Below, one piece after another: positions 33,130 through 46,399 of a stretch of 64,000 bases of DNA (position 1 is the stretch's first letter; each line of letters begins with the position of its first letter). Where the stretch lies: assembly GCF_009914755.1 (NCBI RefSeq), contig NC_060925.1. One strand, 5' to 3'. The notes beneath the pieces were generated by a model that ran no database searches, had not been told where the DNA came from, and saw only the letters and a program-made list of their open reading frames with translations. The stretch comes from the human T2T-CHM13v2.0 reference genome, Homo sapiens. A program made the position numbers and the translations under genes.

Positions 33130-35035
33130 TTATATATATACACATATATTTGTAGTTTCAGGTCTTCGATTTAAATCCTTAATTCATCTTGAGTTGATTT
33201 TTGTATAAGGTGAAAGATGAGAATCCAGTTTCATTCTCCTACATGTGGCTAGCCAAATATCCCACATATGTATTTGTATATATACATATATATACACACA
33301 TATATACATCATATATGCGTGTATGTGTATCTATACACACATATATGATTATATATATACATGTATATGCATATATATACTATATGCATATGTATATGCA
33401 TATGTGTATATATACTATATGCATATGCGTATATATACTATATGCATATGTATATGCATATGCGTATATATACTATATGCGTATGCGTATATATACTATA
33501 TGCATATGCGTATATATACTATATGCATATTCATATATACTATATGCATATGCATATATATACTATATGTATATGCATATGCATGTGCATATATACTATA
33601 TGTATATGCATATGTATATATATACTATATGTATATGTGTGTATATACATGCATAGATATATGCACACACCACAGTTTTTTTATCCACTCATTGATTGAT
33701 GGGCATTTGGGCTGGTTCCACGATTTTGCAATTGTGAATGGTGCTGCTATAAACATGCATGTGCAAGTATCTTTTTCACTTAAGGATTTATTTTCCTCTG
33801 GGTAGTGGGATAGCTGGATCAAATGGTAGTTCTACTTTTAGTTCTTTAAGGAATCTCCACACTGTTCTCCATAGTGGCTGTATTAGTTTGCATTCCCACC
33901 AGCACTGTAGAAGTGTTCCCTGATCACCACACTCACACAAACATCTACTGTTTTTTGATTTTTTGATTATGGCTATTCTTGCAGGACTAAGGTGGTATTG
34001 CAATGTGGTTTTGATTTGCATTTTCCTGACTGTTAGTGATGTTGAGCATTTTTTCATATGTTTGTTGGCCATTTGTAAATCTTCTTTTGAGAATTGCCTA
34101 TTCATGTCCTTAGACCACTTTTTGATGGGATTATTTGTTTTTTTTCTTACTGGCTTGTTTGGGTTAGTTGTAGATTCTGGATAGTAGTGCTTTGTCAAAT
34201 GTATAGATTGAGAAGATTTTCTCCCACTCTGTGCATTGTCTTTTTACTATGCAGACTGTTCCTTTTGCTGTGCAAAAGTTCTTTAGTTTAATTAAGTCCC
34301 AACTATTTATCTTTGTTTTTACTGCATTTGCTTTTGGGTTCTTGATCATGAAATCCTTGCCCAAGCCAATGTCTAGAAGGGTTTTTCTAATGTTATCTTC
34401 AAGAATGTTTATAGTCTCAGGTCTTCAATTTAAATCCTTAATTCATCTTGAGTTGATTCTTGTATAAGGTGAAAGATGAGAATCCAGTTTCATTGTCCTA
34501 CATGTGGCTAGCCAAATATTTCAGCACCATTTGTTGAAAAGGGCATCCTTTTCCCACTTTATGTTTTTGTTTGCTTTGTCAAAGATCAGTTGGCTTTAAG
34601 TATTTGGGTTTATTTCTGGGTTCTCTATTCTGTTCCATTGGTCTATGTGTCTATTTTTATACGAGTACCATGCTGTTTTTGTGACTATGGCCTTATAGTA
34701 TAGTTTGAAATCAGGTAGTGTGAAGCCTCCAGATTTGTTCTTTTTGTTTAGTCTTGCTTTGGCTATGCAGGCTCCTTTTTGGTTCCATATAAATTTTAGA
34801 ATTGTTTTTTCTAATTCCGTAAAGAATGATGATGATATTTTGATGGTGATTGCATTGAATTCGTAGATTGCTTTTGGCAGTATGTTCACAATATTTATTC
34901 TATCCATCTGTCAGCATGGGATGTATGGGATGTGTTTCCATTTCTTTGTGTCATCTATGATTTCTTTCGGCAGTGTTTTGTAGTTTTCCTTGTAGAACTT
35001 TTTCACCTCCTTGGTTAGGTATATTACTACTTTTC

Positions 35036-35066
<31 letters not shown>

Positions 35067-38000
35067 GCAGCTTTGTAAAAGTGGTTGAGTTCTTGATTTG
35101 ATTCTCCACTTGGTCGCTGTTGGTGTATAGAAGGGCTACTAATTTGTGTACATTAATCTTGTATCCAGAAACTTTGCTGAATTCTTTTACCAGTTCTAGG
35201 AGCTTTCTGGAGTAGTCTTTAGGGTTTTCTAGGTAAACAATCATATCATCAGCCAACAGTGACAGTTTGACTTCCTCTTTACCGATGTGGATGCACTTTA
35301 TTTCTTTCTCTTGTCTGATTGCTTTAGCTAGGACTTCCAGCACTATGTCAAAAAGGAGTGGTGGAAGTAGGTATCCTTGTCTTGTTCCAGTTCTCAGAGG
35401 GAATGCTTTCAACTTTTCCCCATTCAGTATTATGTTGGCTGTGGATTTGTCATAGGTGGCTTTTATTATATTGAGGTATGTCCCTTGTATGCTGATTTTT
35501 CTGACAGTTGTAATCATAAAGTGTTGCTGGATTTTGTCGAATGCTTTCTCTGCATCTATTGAGATGATCATGTGATTTTTGTTTTTAATTCTGCTTATGC
35601 GGTGTACACATTTATTGACTTGCATGTGTTAAAACATCCCTGCATCCCTGGTATGAAACCCACTTTATCATGGTGGATTATCTTTTTGATATGTTGTTGG
35701 ATTTAGTTAGCTAGTATTTATTTAAGGATTTTAGCATCTGTGTTCATCATGGATATTGGTCTGTAGTTTTCTTTTTTGGTTATGTCCTTTCCTGGTTTTG
35801 GTATTAGGGTGATGCTGGCTTCATAGAATAAATTAGGGAGGGTTTCCTCTTTCTCTATCTTGTGAAATAGTGTCAAAAGGATTGGTACCAATTCTTCTTT
35901 GAATGTCTGGTAGAATTCTATATCTGTTAAGTCCAATTGTTCCAAGGTATAGTTTAAATCCATTGTTTCTTTGTTGCCTTTCTGTCTTGATGACTTGTCT
36001 AGTGTTGTCAGTGGAGTATTGAAGTCCCCCACTATTATCGTGTTGTTGTCTACCTCATTTCTTAGATCTATTAGTAATTGTTTTATAAATTTGGGAGCTC
36101 CAGTGTTAGGTACATACATGTTTAGGATTGTGATATTTTCCTGTTGGACAAGGCCTTTTACCATTATATAATGTCCTTGTCTCTTTTAACCACTGTTGCT
36201 TTAGAGTTTGTTTTGTCTGATGTAAGAATAGCTAACCCTGCTCGCTTTTGGTGTCCATTTGCATGAAATGCCTTTTTCCACCTTTCTACTTTAAGTTTAT
36301 GTGAGTCCTTATACATTAGGTGGGTCTCCTGAAGGCAGCAGATAGTTGGTGAGTTCTTATCCATTCTGCAGTTCTGTATCTTTTAAGTGGAGCATTTAGG
36401 CCATTTACATTCAATGTTAGTATTGAGATGTGAACTACCATTGCATTCATCATGTTATCTGTTGCCTGTGTACCTTGTTTTTTTATTTTAGTTTTTGCTT
36501 TTTAAATTGTATTTTTGTTTTATAGGCCATGTGTGATTTATGCTTTGAAGAGGTTCTGGTCTGATGTGTTTCCAGGATTTATTTCAAGATTTAGAGCTCC
36601 TTTTAGCAGATCTTGTAGTGGTGGATTTGTAGTGGTGAATTCTCTCAGCATTTGTTTGTCTGAAAATGACTGTATCTTTCCTTCATATATGATGCTCAAT
36701 TTTGCTGGATACAAAATTCTCAGCTGATAATTATTTTGTTTCAGGAGGCTCAAGATAGGGCCCAATCCCTTCTATCTTACATGGCTTCTGCTGAGAAATC
36801 TGCCATTAACCTGAGGTTTTCCTTTGTAGGTTACCTGGTGCTTTTGTCTCACAGCTCTTAAGATTCTTTCCTTCATCTTAACTTTAGATAACCTGATGAC
36901 AATGTGCCTATTGCAACCTTTTTGTGATGCATTTCCCAGGTGTTCTTTGTGCTTCTTGTATTTGGATGTCTAGGTGACTAGCAAGGCCAGGGAAGTTTTC
37001 TTTGATTATTCCCCCAAATATGTTCTCCAAACTTTTAGATTTCTCTTCTTCCTCAGGAACACTGGTTATTCTAAGGTTTGGTCATTTAACATAATCCCAG
37101 ACTTCTTGGAGGCTTCGTTCATATTTTCTTATTCTTTTTTCTTTGTCTTTGTTGGTTTGGGCTACTTCGAAGACCTTGTCTTTGAGCTCTGAATTTCTTT
37201 CTTCTACTTGTTCAATTCTATTACTGAGACTTTCCAGATAATTTTGCAATTCTATAAGTATGTCCAATATTTCCTGAAGTTTTGTTTTTCTTTATGCTAT
37301 TTCCTTGAATATTTCTCCTTCACTTCTTATATTGTTTTTTGGATTTCTTTGCATTGGGCTTTGCCTTTCTTTGGTGCCTCCCTGATCAGCTTAATAACCC
37401 CCTGAACTTTCTTTCTGGTAAACCAGGGATTTCTTCTTGGTTAGAATCCACTGCTGGTGAACTAGTGTGATTTTTTGGGGTGTTAAAGAGCCTTGTTTTG
37501 TCATATTACCAGAGTTGGTTTTCTAGTTTCTTCTCATTTGGGTAGCCTCTGTCAGAGGGAAGGTCTAGGGCTGAAGGCTGTTGTTCAGATTCTTTTGTCT
37601 CATGGGATGTTCCCTTGATGTAGTACTCTCCTCCTTGTCCTATGGTTGTGGCTTCCTGTGAGCCGAGCTGCAGTGATTGTTGTCTCTCCTGGGTCTAGCC
37701 ACCTAGCAAGTCTACCTGGCTCCAGGCTGGTACTGGGGGTTGTCTGCACAGAGTCCTGTGATGTGAACTGTCTATGGGTCTCTTAGCCATGGATACCAGC
37801 ACCTGTTCCAGTGGAGGTGGCAGTGGGGTGAAATGGAGACTCTGTGAGGGTTCTTAGCTTTGGTGGTTTAATGCTCTATTTTTGTGCTGGTTGGCCTCTT
37901 GCCAGTAGGTGATACTTAACAGAGAGCATCAGCTGTGGTAGTATGGAGAGGAACCAGTGGTGGGTGGAGCTCTAGAACTCCCAAGATTATATGCCCTTTG

Positions 38001-38963
38001 TCTTCAACTACCAGGGTGGATAGGAAAGGCCCATCAGGTGGGAGCAGGGCTAGGCATGTCTGAGCTCAGACTCTCCTTGGGCAGGGCTTGCAGCAGCTGC
38101 TTTGAGGGATAGAGGTGAGCTTCCCACGTCAATGGAGTTGTGTACCTGGGAGAATTATGGATGCATCTGCTGAGTCATGCAGGTTGTCAGGGAAGTGGGG
38201 GAAAGCCAACAGTCACTGGCCTTACCCAGCTCCCACACGAACCGAAGAGCTGGTCTCACTTCCACCATATCCGCTATAACAGTACCAAGTTTATTTCCAG
38301 GCTGTGGGTGAACGGGGCTTGAGAACTTGCCCCAGGCTACCTGCCTCCCAGCTGCTAAAGAAAATGGCTTGGTTCTTCCCCCACTTGTGGAGTCTGCCCA
38401 CTGGATTCATGTTCTTCCCTGAGTTCTGGCCAAGAGGCTTCTTGCCCAGTTCAAATTGTTACAAAGTTCAGCTGGAGACTTCCTTCTCTCTGTGACATTT
38501 TCCCCTGCTCCTCTGACCACCCTCCCAATGAATCCGTGTGGTACCAGGCAGGAATGGCCAGCTTGGGGACCCAGTGAACTCCCAGGGCCTTTCCTGCTGC
38601 TTCCTCTATCCCTGTATTTCACTCAGCTCTCTAAATTGACTCAGTTCCAGGTAAGGTCGGAAACTTGTCCTGCAAACAGATTTTCAGTTTCCCCAGTGAG
38701 GTTGTGTGTTTGGGAGAGGAGGATCTTCCTTTTCCACTTCTGCAGGTGGGGCACTCATAGTATTTGGGGTATCTCCCAGTTCCTGCAGGAGCAGTCTACT
38801 TCCTTAAGAGGGTCTGTGGGTCCTCTTGGGGTTCCTGGTTTGTTCTTGCAGTTGATCTGGAGCTAAAATTCATGATGCAAACTTTCACATGCTGCTCTGT
38901 CCATCCAAGTCAGAGCTGCAAGCTGGTTCTGTCTCCTACCCTCCATAATCCCAATTCTCTTTA
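32637..38963 (-). mobile_element. L1PB1/L1PBa-like element with both ends and a ~0.9-kb internal ORF2 deletion
   Basis: L1PB 3' end (ttggggtacaggtggtatttggttacatgagtaag), ORF2/ORF1 remnants, long 5'UTR; TSD CTG(C/G)TCTGATCTTTTT at 32621-32636 and 38964-38979. Confidence 0.9.
33005..33669. repeat. Complex (TA/CA/TG)n microsatellite evolving into a TATATACTATATGCATATG-type minisatellite
   Basis: Directly visible; lies in the usual expansion site of L1PB 3' ends. Confidence 0.95.
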
Positions 38964-39720
38964 CTGGTCTGATCTTTTTTATGTCTTTTCTTCTGCTGGA
39001 TTTTGGTTTGGTTTGTTCTTGTTTCTCTAGTTCCTTGAGGTGTGACATTAGGTTTTCCATTTGTATTCTTTCAGACTTTTTGATGTATGCATTTAATGCT
39101 ATGAACTTTCCTCTTAGCACTGCTTTTGCTGTATCCCAGAGGCTTTGATTAGTTGGTGTCACTATCATTGTTCCATTCAAAGAATTTTAAAATTTCCATC
39201 TTGATTTCACTGTTAATCCAAAAGATCATTCAAGAGCAGATTATTTAATTTCCATGTATTTGTATAGTTTTGAGGGTTCCCTTTGGAGTTCATTTCAAGT
39301 TTTATTCTACTGTGGTTTGAGAAGATAACTGATATAATTTTGATTTTCTTAAATGTATTGAGACTTGTCTTGTGACCTATTATATGGTCTATCTTGGAGA
39401 AGAATATTCCATGTGCTGACGAGAAGAATGTATATTCTGGAGTTGTTGGCTGGAATGTTCTGTAAATATCCGTGGAGTACATTTGTTCTAGGGTATAGTT
39501 TAAGTCCATTGTTTCTTTGTTGACTTTCTGTCTTGATGACCTATCTAGTGCTGTCAGTGGAGTATTGAAGTCTCCCACTATTATTGTATTGGTGTCTATC
39601 TAATTTCTTAGGTCTAGTTTTATAAATTTGGGAGCTCCAGTGTTAGATGCGTATATATTTAGGATTGTGATATCTTCCTGTGGGACTACTCCTTTTATCA
39701 TTGTATAATGTCCTTCTTTG

Positions 39721-39762
<42 letters not shown>

Positions 39763-41979
39763 CTGTTGTTTTGAAGTCTGTTTTGTTTGATATAATAGAA
39801 TAGCTACTCCTACTTGCTTTTGGTTTCCATTCACATAGAGTATTTGTCCACACCTTTACCTTAAGTTTATGTGAGCCATGTATTAGGTGAGTTTTTTGAA
39901 GACAGCAAATACTTGGTTGGTGGATTTTTATTCATTCTGCCATTCTGTATCTTTTAAGTGGAGCATTTAGGTTAGTATTGAGATTTGAGGTATTGTTCTA
40001 TTCATCATGTTAGTTGTTGACTAAATACCTTATTTTTTTCATTGTATTAGTATTTTATAGGCCTGTGAGATTTGTGCTTAAGGAGGTTCTATTTTGGTGT
40101 ATTTTGAAGTTTTGCTCCAAGATTTAGAACTTATTGTAGTATTTCCCATAGCGTTGGTTTGGTAGTGGCAAATTTTCTCAGCATTTGTTTATCTAACAAA
40201 GTCTTTATCCCTTCTTCATTTATGAAGCTTAGTTTTGCTGAATATAAAATTCTTAGCTGACAATTATTTTGTTTAAGAGGCTAGAGATAGGACTCTGATT
40301 CCTCTGGTTGGTAAAGTTTCTGCTGAGAAATCAGCTGTTAATCTGATAGATTTTCTTTTATGGGTTACTTGATGCTTTTGTCTCACAGCTCTTAAGATTA
40401 TTTTCTTCATCTTGACTTTAGTTAACCTGATAACTATGTGCCTAGGTAATAACCATTTTTATGACGGATTTATCAGGAGTTTTTTGAGCTTCTTGTATTT
40501 GGATGTCTAGATCTCTAGCAAGGCCAGGAAAGTTCATCTCAATCATTCTCTCAAATAAATTTTCCAAACTTTTAGATTTCTCTTCTTCCTCAGGAACACT
40601 AGGTTTGGCCATTTAACATAATCCCTAATTTTTTGGATACTTTGTTCATTTTTTAAAATTCTTTGTTCTTTGTCTTTCTCTGTTTGGGTTAATTCAAAAG
40701 CCTTGTCTTTGAGCTCTGATGTTCTTTCTTCTACTTGTTCTAGTCTATTGTTAAAATTTTTCACTGCATTTTTATTTCCTTAGTGTGTCTTTCATTTCCA
40801 GAAGTTTTTTTTTATAATATCTATTTCTCTGGAAATTTTTCATCCATATCCTGTATTGTTTTTGTAATTTCTTTAAGTTGGTTTTCATCTTTTTCTGGTA
40901 TCTTCTTGAGTAGCTTAATGATCAACCTTCTGAATTCTTTATCTGGCAATTCAGAGATTTCTCCTTTGGTTGGATCCATTGCTGGGGAGTTAGTGTGGCA
41001 TTTTACAGGCATTATAGAATCCTGTTTTGTTATATTAACAGAATTACTTTTCTGGTTCCTTGTCATTTGGGTAGACTATTTCTTCAGATTATTCTTGAAT
41101 TTATTTTTGATTTGACTGTGCTTTTTTAAATTTAAGTTTCTTTGCCCCCTCCTTAAGGACTGGACTTTAATGTTTATTTTAGCCTAATTTGATTCTTGGT
41201 GCTTATAGGGGTTAAGACTTTGTATGAGTTTCTTAGTTATAGACAGTCTTTGTGCACTGGCTTTCCCTGATGCTGGTTGTAGTAGTTATGTTCTTGATAT
41301 GTGGGTGAGTTCATTGTCTCCTATAGAGTTGGAATGGCAGAGATCTCTTGAAGCTTATCTCATTCTCTTGTGGTGTACACTTTATTTGTGTGATTCTCTC
41401 CCAGTATTTTATTTACAAAGTTGATGATTCAGGCTTCAGGCCAATAGGGGAGGTATCTCCGGGTAGGCATTGGTTGTGGCTAAGGCAGGTGGGTAGATGT
41501 AATATCCAAAGGTGGGCCGAGGTCCCAGCCTTGATGAGGGTGGCTAGGGGAGCTCTCAATTACAGAGACTCTTCCTGCTGCTGCTTTTACTTTTATATTT
41601 CACACCACCCCCTAAATCCATTCAAGCTCTAGGTAAGGCTAAAGCCTTCTCCCGTGAACTGGATTTTCACATTCCCTAGTGGGGATGTGTGTTCTGAGGC
41701 AGGTTCTCCCCCACCTTACACTGTGAACTCACAGTTTTTCATCTGTCTCATGGAGTTTGCAGTGGCATGACACTTCTTTCAAAGGATCTGTGAATTCTTT
41801 TGTTTTCCTGGTACATTTCTGCAGTGGTTCTTGGAGCAAAAGTTCACAGTGTGAATCTCCTCATGCTGTTCGGTCTGTCTAAGTGGAAGATGCATGGTAG
41901 CCATGTCTCCTACCTGCCATCTTGGAAGGGAATCCTTCTTCTCCTTTTTTATTGCCAAATTTAATATCTAAGACCTTCA

Positions 41980-43612
41980 CCACACCAACAATATAACAGG
42001 GTTCTCCTTTCTTCACATCCTCTTCATCATTTGTTATTCCCTGTCTTTTGGATAAAAGCCATTTTAACGGAGGTGAATTGATATCTCACTGTAGTTTTGA
42101 TTTGCATTTATCTGATTATCAATGACATTGAGCACCTTTTCATATGCTTGTTTGCCATTTGTATGTCTTCTTTTGAGAAACATCTATTCAGATTTTTATC
42201 TATTTTTAAATCAGATTATTAGATTTCTTTCCCTATAGAGTTGTTTGAGCTCCTTATATATTGTGGTTATTAGTCCCTTGTCAGATGGGTAGTTTGCAAA
42301 TGTTTTCTCCTATTCTGTGGGTTGTTTCTTCACTTTGTTAATTGATTCCTTTCCTATACAGAAGATTTTTAACTTGATGTGATTCCATTTGTCCATTTTT
42401 CCTTTCATTGTCTGTGCTTGTGGGGTATTACTCAAGAAATCTTTGCACATCCAATGTCCTAAAGAGTTTCCCTAGTGTTTTCTTTTAGCAGTTTCATAGT
42501 TTGAGGTCTTAGATTTAAGACTTCTGTTTTTATTTGATTTTTATATATGGTGAAAGATAAGGGTGTAATTTCATTCTTCTGCTTACGAATATACATACAG
42601 TTTTCCCAGCACCATTTATTGAAGACACTGTCCTTTCCCCAAAATATGTTTTCGGCACCTTTGTCAAAAATGAGTTCACTGTGGATGTGTAGATTTTTTT
42701 CTGGGTTGTCTATTCTGTTCCATTGGTGTATTTGTCTGTTTTTATGCCACTACCATGCTATTTTGGTTGCTATAGCTTTGTAGTATAATTTGAAGTCAGG
42801 TAATGTGATGCCTCCAGTTTTGTTAATTGTGGTTAGGACAGATTTGGCTATTGTGTGCCTTTTTTGCTTCCATATAAATCTTAGGATTTTTTTTCTACTT
42901 CTGTGAAGAATGTCTTTGGTATTTTGATAGGGATTGAATTGAATCTGTAGATTGCTTTAGGTAGTATGAACATTTTAACAATATTTATTCTTCCAATTCC
43001 TGAACATGGAATATCTTTCCATTTTTTTGTGTCCTCTTCAATTTCTTGCAGCAGTGTATTATAGTTTTCACTGTAGAGATATTTCACTACTTTGGTTAAG
43101 TTGATTCCTAGGTATTTTATTATAGTTCTAACTATTGTAAATGAGATTATTTTCTTAATTTCTTTTTCAGATTGTTTACTTTTGGCATATAGACATGCTA
43201 CTGATTTTTATATGTTGATTTTGTATGCTGCAACTTTACCAAATTCATCAGGTCTCGTAGATTTTTTTGGTGGAGTCTTTAGGTTTAGGTTTTTCCAAAT
43301 ATAAGATCATATCATCTTCAAACAAGGATAACTTTTTTCCTTTCCAATTTGGATGCCCTTTATTTTTTTTCTCTTGTCTAATTGCTTTAGCTAGGACTTC
43401 CAGTACTATGTTGAATAACAGTGGTGAAAGTGGGTATTCCTGTCATGTTCTGGATCTCAGAGGGAAGGCTATCAGTTGTTCCCCATTCAGTATGATACTA
43501 GCTGTGGGTCTGATGTATATGGCATTTATTGTGTTGAGGTGTGTTCCTTGTATACCAAGTTTTTTGACGGTTTTTTTTAAATCATGAAGGGATATTGAAT
43601 ATTATCAAATGC
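41980..43612 (-). mobile_element. L1MA-type ORF2 fragment (RT to C-terminus)
   Basis: [23 protein letters not shown]...[16 protein letters not shown]. Confidence 0.85.
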
Positions 43613-43851
43613 TTGGATATAGTTTCTCCCTTGCAGTTCTAACAGATTTTGCTACATGTAATTTTGAAGCTCTGTTATTATGTGCATAGACATTTAGGAA
43701 TGTTATGTTCTCTTCATGAATTGCTTTTTTATCATTAGGAATGAATTTCTTTACTCATTGTAATATTCTTTTCTCTGAAACCTACTTTGACTAATTTAGT
43801 ATAACTACTCTTAATTTCTATTTATGTTCACATAGTATTGTTTCTGTATCC

Positions 43852-45040
43852 TTTTATAAAATAATTTCAACTTTTATTTTAGATTCAGGGGTTACATGTG
43901 CAGCAAATTCCATGATGTAGAGGTTTGAGATACAAATGATTCCATCAACCAGACAGTAAGCATAGTACCCAACAGTTAGTTTTTCAACCCTTGCCACCCT
44001 CCTTCCCTCTTCACTCTAGTAGTCCTCAGTGTCTACTGTTGCCATCTTTATGTTCACAAGTACCCATTGGGTACTTACGCTTACATGCGAGAACATGTGC
44101 TATTTGGTTTTCTGTTCCTTCATTAATTTAGGATAATGGCCTCCAGCAGTATCCATGTTGTTGCAAAGGACATGATTTCATTCTTTTTTATGGCTGTGTA
44201 ATATTCTTTAGTGTCTATGTATCACATTTTAAAAAAATCAATCCACCATTGACGGGTACCTAGGTTGGTTCCATGTCTTTGTTATGGTGTAAGGATGAAC
44301 ATATGAGAGCGTGTGTCTTTATGGTAGAATGATTTTCTTTTGGATATATACCCAGTAATGGGATTGCTGGGTCAAATGGTAGTTCTTTTTTCAGTTCCTT
44401 GAGAAATCTCCAAACTGCTTTCCACAATGGCTGAACTAATTTGCCTTTCCATCAACAGTGTACAAACATTCTTTTTTCTCCACAGCCTCATCAGCATCAG
44501 TTATTTTTTGACTTTTTAATAATAGCCATTCTGACTGGTGTAAGATGATATTTCATTGTGCTTTTGATATGCATTTCTCTGATGATCAGTGATGATGGGC
44601 ATTTTTTCAGGTTTTTTTGATCACTTGTATGTCTTCTTTTGAGGTGTCTGTTCATGTCCTTTGCCCACTTCTAATGGAATTTTTTGTTTTTTGCTTGTTG
44701 AATTAAGTTTCTTGTAGATTCTGGATATTTGACCTTTGTTGGATATATAGTTTGTGAATATTTTCTCCCATCCTATAGGCTGTTTGTTTAGTCTATTGAT
44801 AGTTTATTTCACTGCACAAAAGATCTTTAATTTAATTATGCTGGGTGTGGTGGCTCATGCCTGTAATTCCAGCCCTTTGGGAGGTGGAGGCAGAGGCAGG
44901 GGGATCATTTGACCCCAGGAGTTCGAGACCAGCCTGGACAACATGGTGAAAGCCCATCTTAAAAAACAAAAAACAAACAAAAAAGATATTTAGTTTAATT
45001 AGGTCCCACTCGTCAATTTTTATTTTTGTTGCAATTGCCT
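43852..45040 (-). mobile_element. L1PA15/16-like 3' portion inserted in an older L1M
   Basis: tttcaacttttattttagattcaggggttacatgtgcag 3' end and ORF2 C-terminal sequence. Confidence 0.85.
44839..44983 (+). mobile_element. Alu left monomer (FLAM-like)
   Basis: Single arm with A-rich tail; TSD AGAT(C/A)TTTA(A/G)TTTAATTA at 44821-44838 and 44984-45001. Confidence 0.9.
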
Positions 45041-45279
45041 TTTTTGTATTATTTTACTCTTCACTTATTTTTGGGTTTATATTTAAAATAGATTCCTCAA
45101 TGGTGGCATATGTTTTGGTCTTTTTTCTATATTCTACAGCAATTTTTCTTTTTTTTCTATAGCAATTCTACAAAAGACTTGCAAAAATAATACAGAGTTT
45201 TAATATACCCTTCAGTTTCCCATATGTTAACATATTATATAACTGTACATCATTTATTAAAATTAAGAAATTAACTTTG

Positions 45280-46320
45280 GATCTGTGATTTTTACAGTTT
45301 TAATCAAATTTGGAATAAATTAGCCATTTTTTTCAAATATTTTTTATGTTGCATCCTTCTGTCTCCTTTTCCAAAGGAGAGGTATTCCATTAACATGTAT
45401 ATACTAGGCTGCTTGAAGTTATCCTTACTACCTACTAGTTCTTCATTCTCATTTTTTAGTCCTCTCTGCCCCCTGTTTCTCTTTGGAAAACTTCTACTTA
45501 TTTGTCTTCAAATCTACTAACCTTTTCTTCTGCATTGTCTAATTTGTCATTAATTCCATCCAGTGCATTTTGCATCCCACACATTATAATTTTTCTCTCT
45601 AGAAGTTTCTTTTGGTTCATTTTTATCCCTTCCAGGTCTTTATTTAACAGGTCCATTATTTTTCCTAACTTTTAAACATACAGAATATGATTATAACAAT
45701 TTTTTTAACATTTGCTAGGCAGGACCAGAGCATCTTTTCTAGAGTAATTACTCATCACTACTAAGGCAAGACATGTCTGAATACTCTTCCTAATGTCCCA
45801 TTAAGTAAAAAACTTTTCAGCATGGCAGCACTCATCCCATATTTGTGTAATCTCTGGTTATTGGTCTCTTTAATTTTTTCAGGTGCTTCCTTTCTCACCT
45901 CAGGTAACTTACTCACACACGTGTACTGATCAGTACTGTGATGAATACTCAATAGGGTCCCTCTTCAGACATCTAGGTTCTTTCTTTGGACAGAGCTCTC
46001 TCCTCTGGTACTCTGCTATAGGAACTCTAAACACCTTGCTCTCCCAGGACTCTCACCTCTGTCTAGGAAATTTTCTGAGCTCTGCTTGGGTTCCCTTTCC
46101 CTGTGCCAAGGCCTGAAAACTCTTTCAACTCAGCAGCTGGGGCAATCTCAGGGTTTACCAGGTTTGTTTCCCATATCTTAGGGATCACTGTCACTCATTA
46201 TCTGATTCCAATGTCCTGAAAACCATTGTTTCATACACTTTTTTTTCCAGATTTTGGTCTCAAGACAGGAAGTTAAATCTGGCCCTTGTTACTTCATCTT
46301 GGTTAGAAATAGAAGTCCCA
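45280..46320 (-). mobile_element. Ancient L1M ORF1/5'UTR remnant
   Basis: T-rich antisense ORF1-like tract (ctactaaccttttcttctgcattgtctaatttg..ttaattccatccagtg) and L1MD/ME-like 5' end. Confidence 0.6.
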
Positions 46321-46399
46321 ATGACTCAACCTTTCTAAAAGAATAAATATTTATACTTCTGACAGAATGCAGTAGAAATGAGACTCTTGAGAGTTAAAT

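Larger units (their letters stand above)
32521..41930 (-). mobile_element. Older L1 (L1PB/L1MA-age) 5' half, split by the nested L1PB; pieces at 32521-32636 and 38980-41930
   Basis: ORF2 reading continues across the insertion; ORF1 remnant ~40.1-41.1 kb; 5' end tctcctacctgccatcttgg. Confidence 0.85.

Noticed and set aside
32909-33805. Long Y/I/C/M-rich ORFs (up to 186 aa)
   Set aside because: Translations of the TA/CA microsatellite
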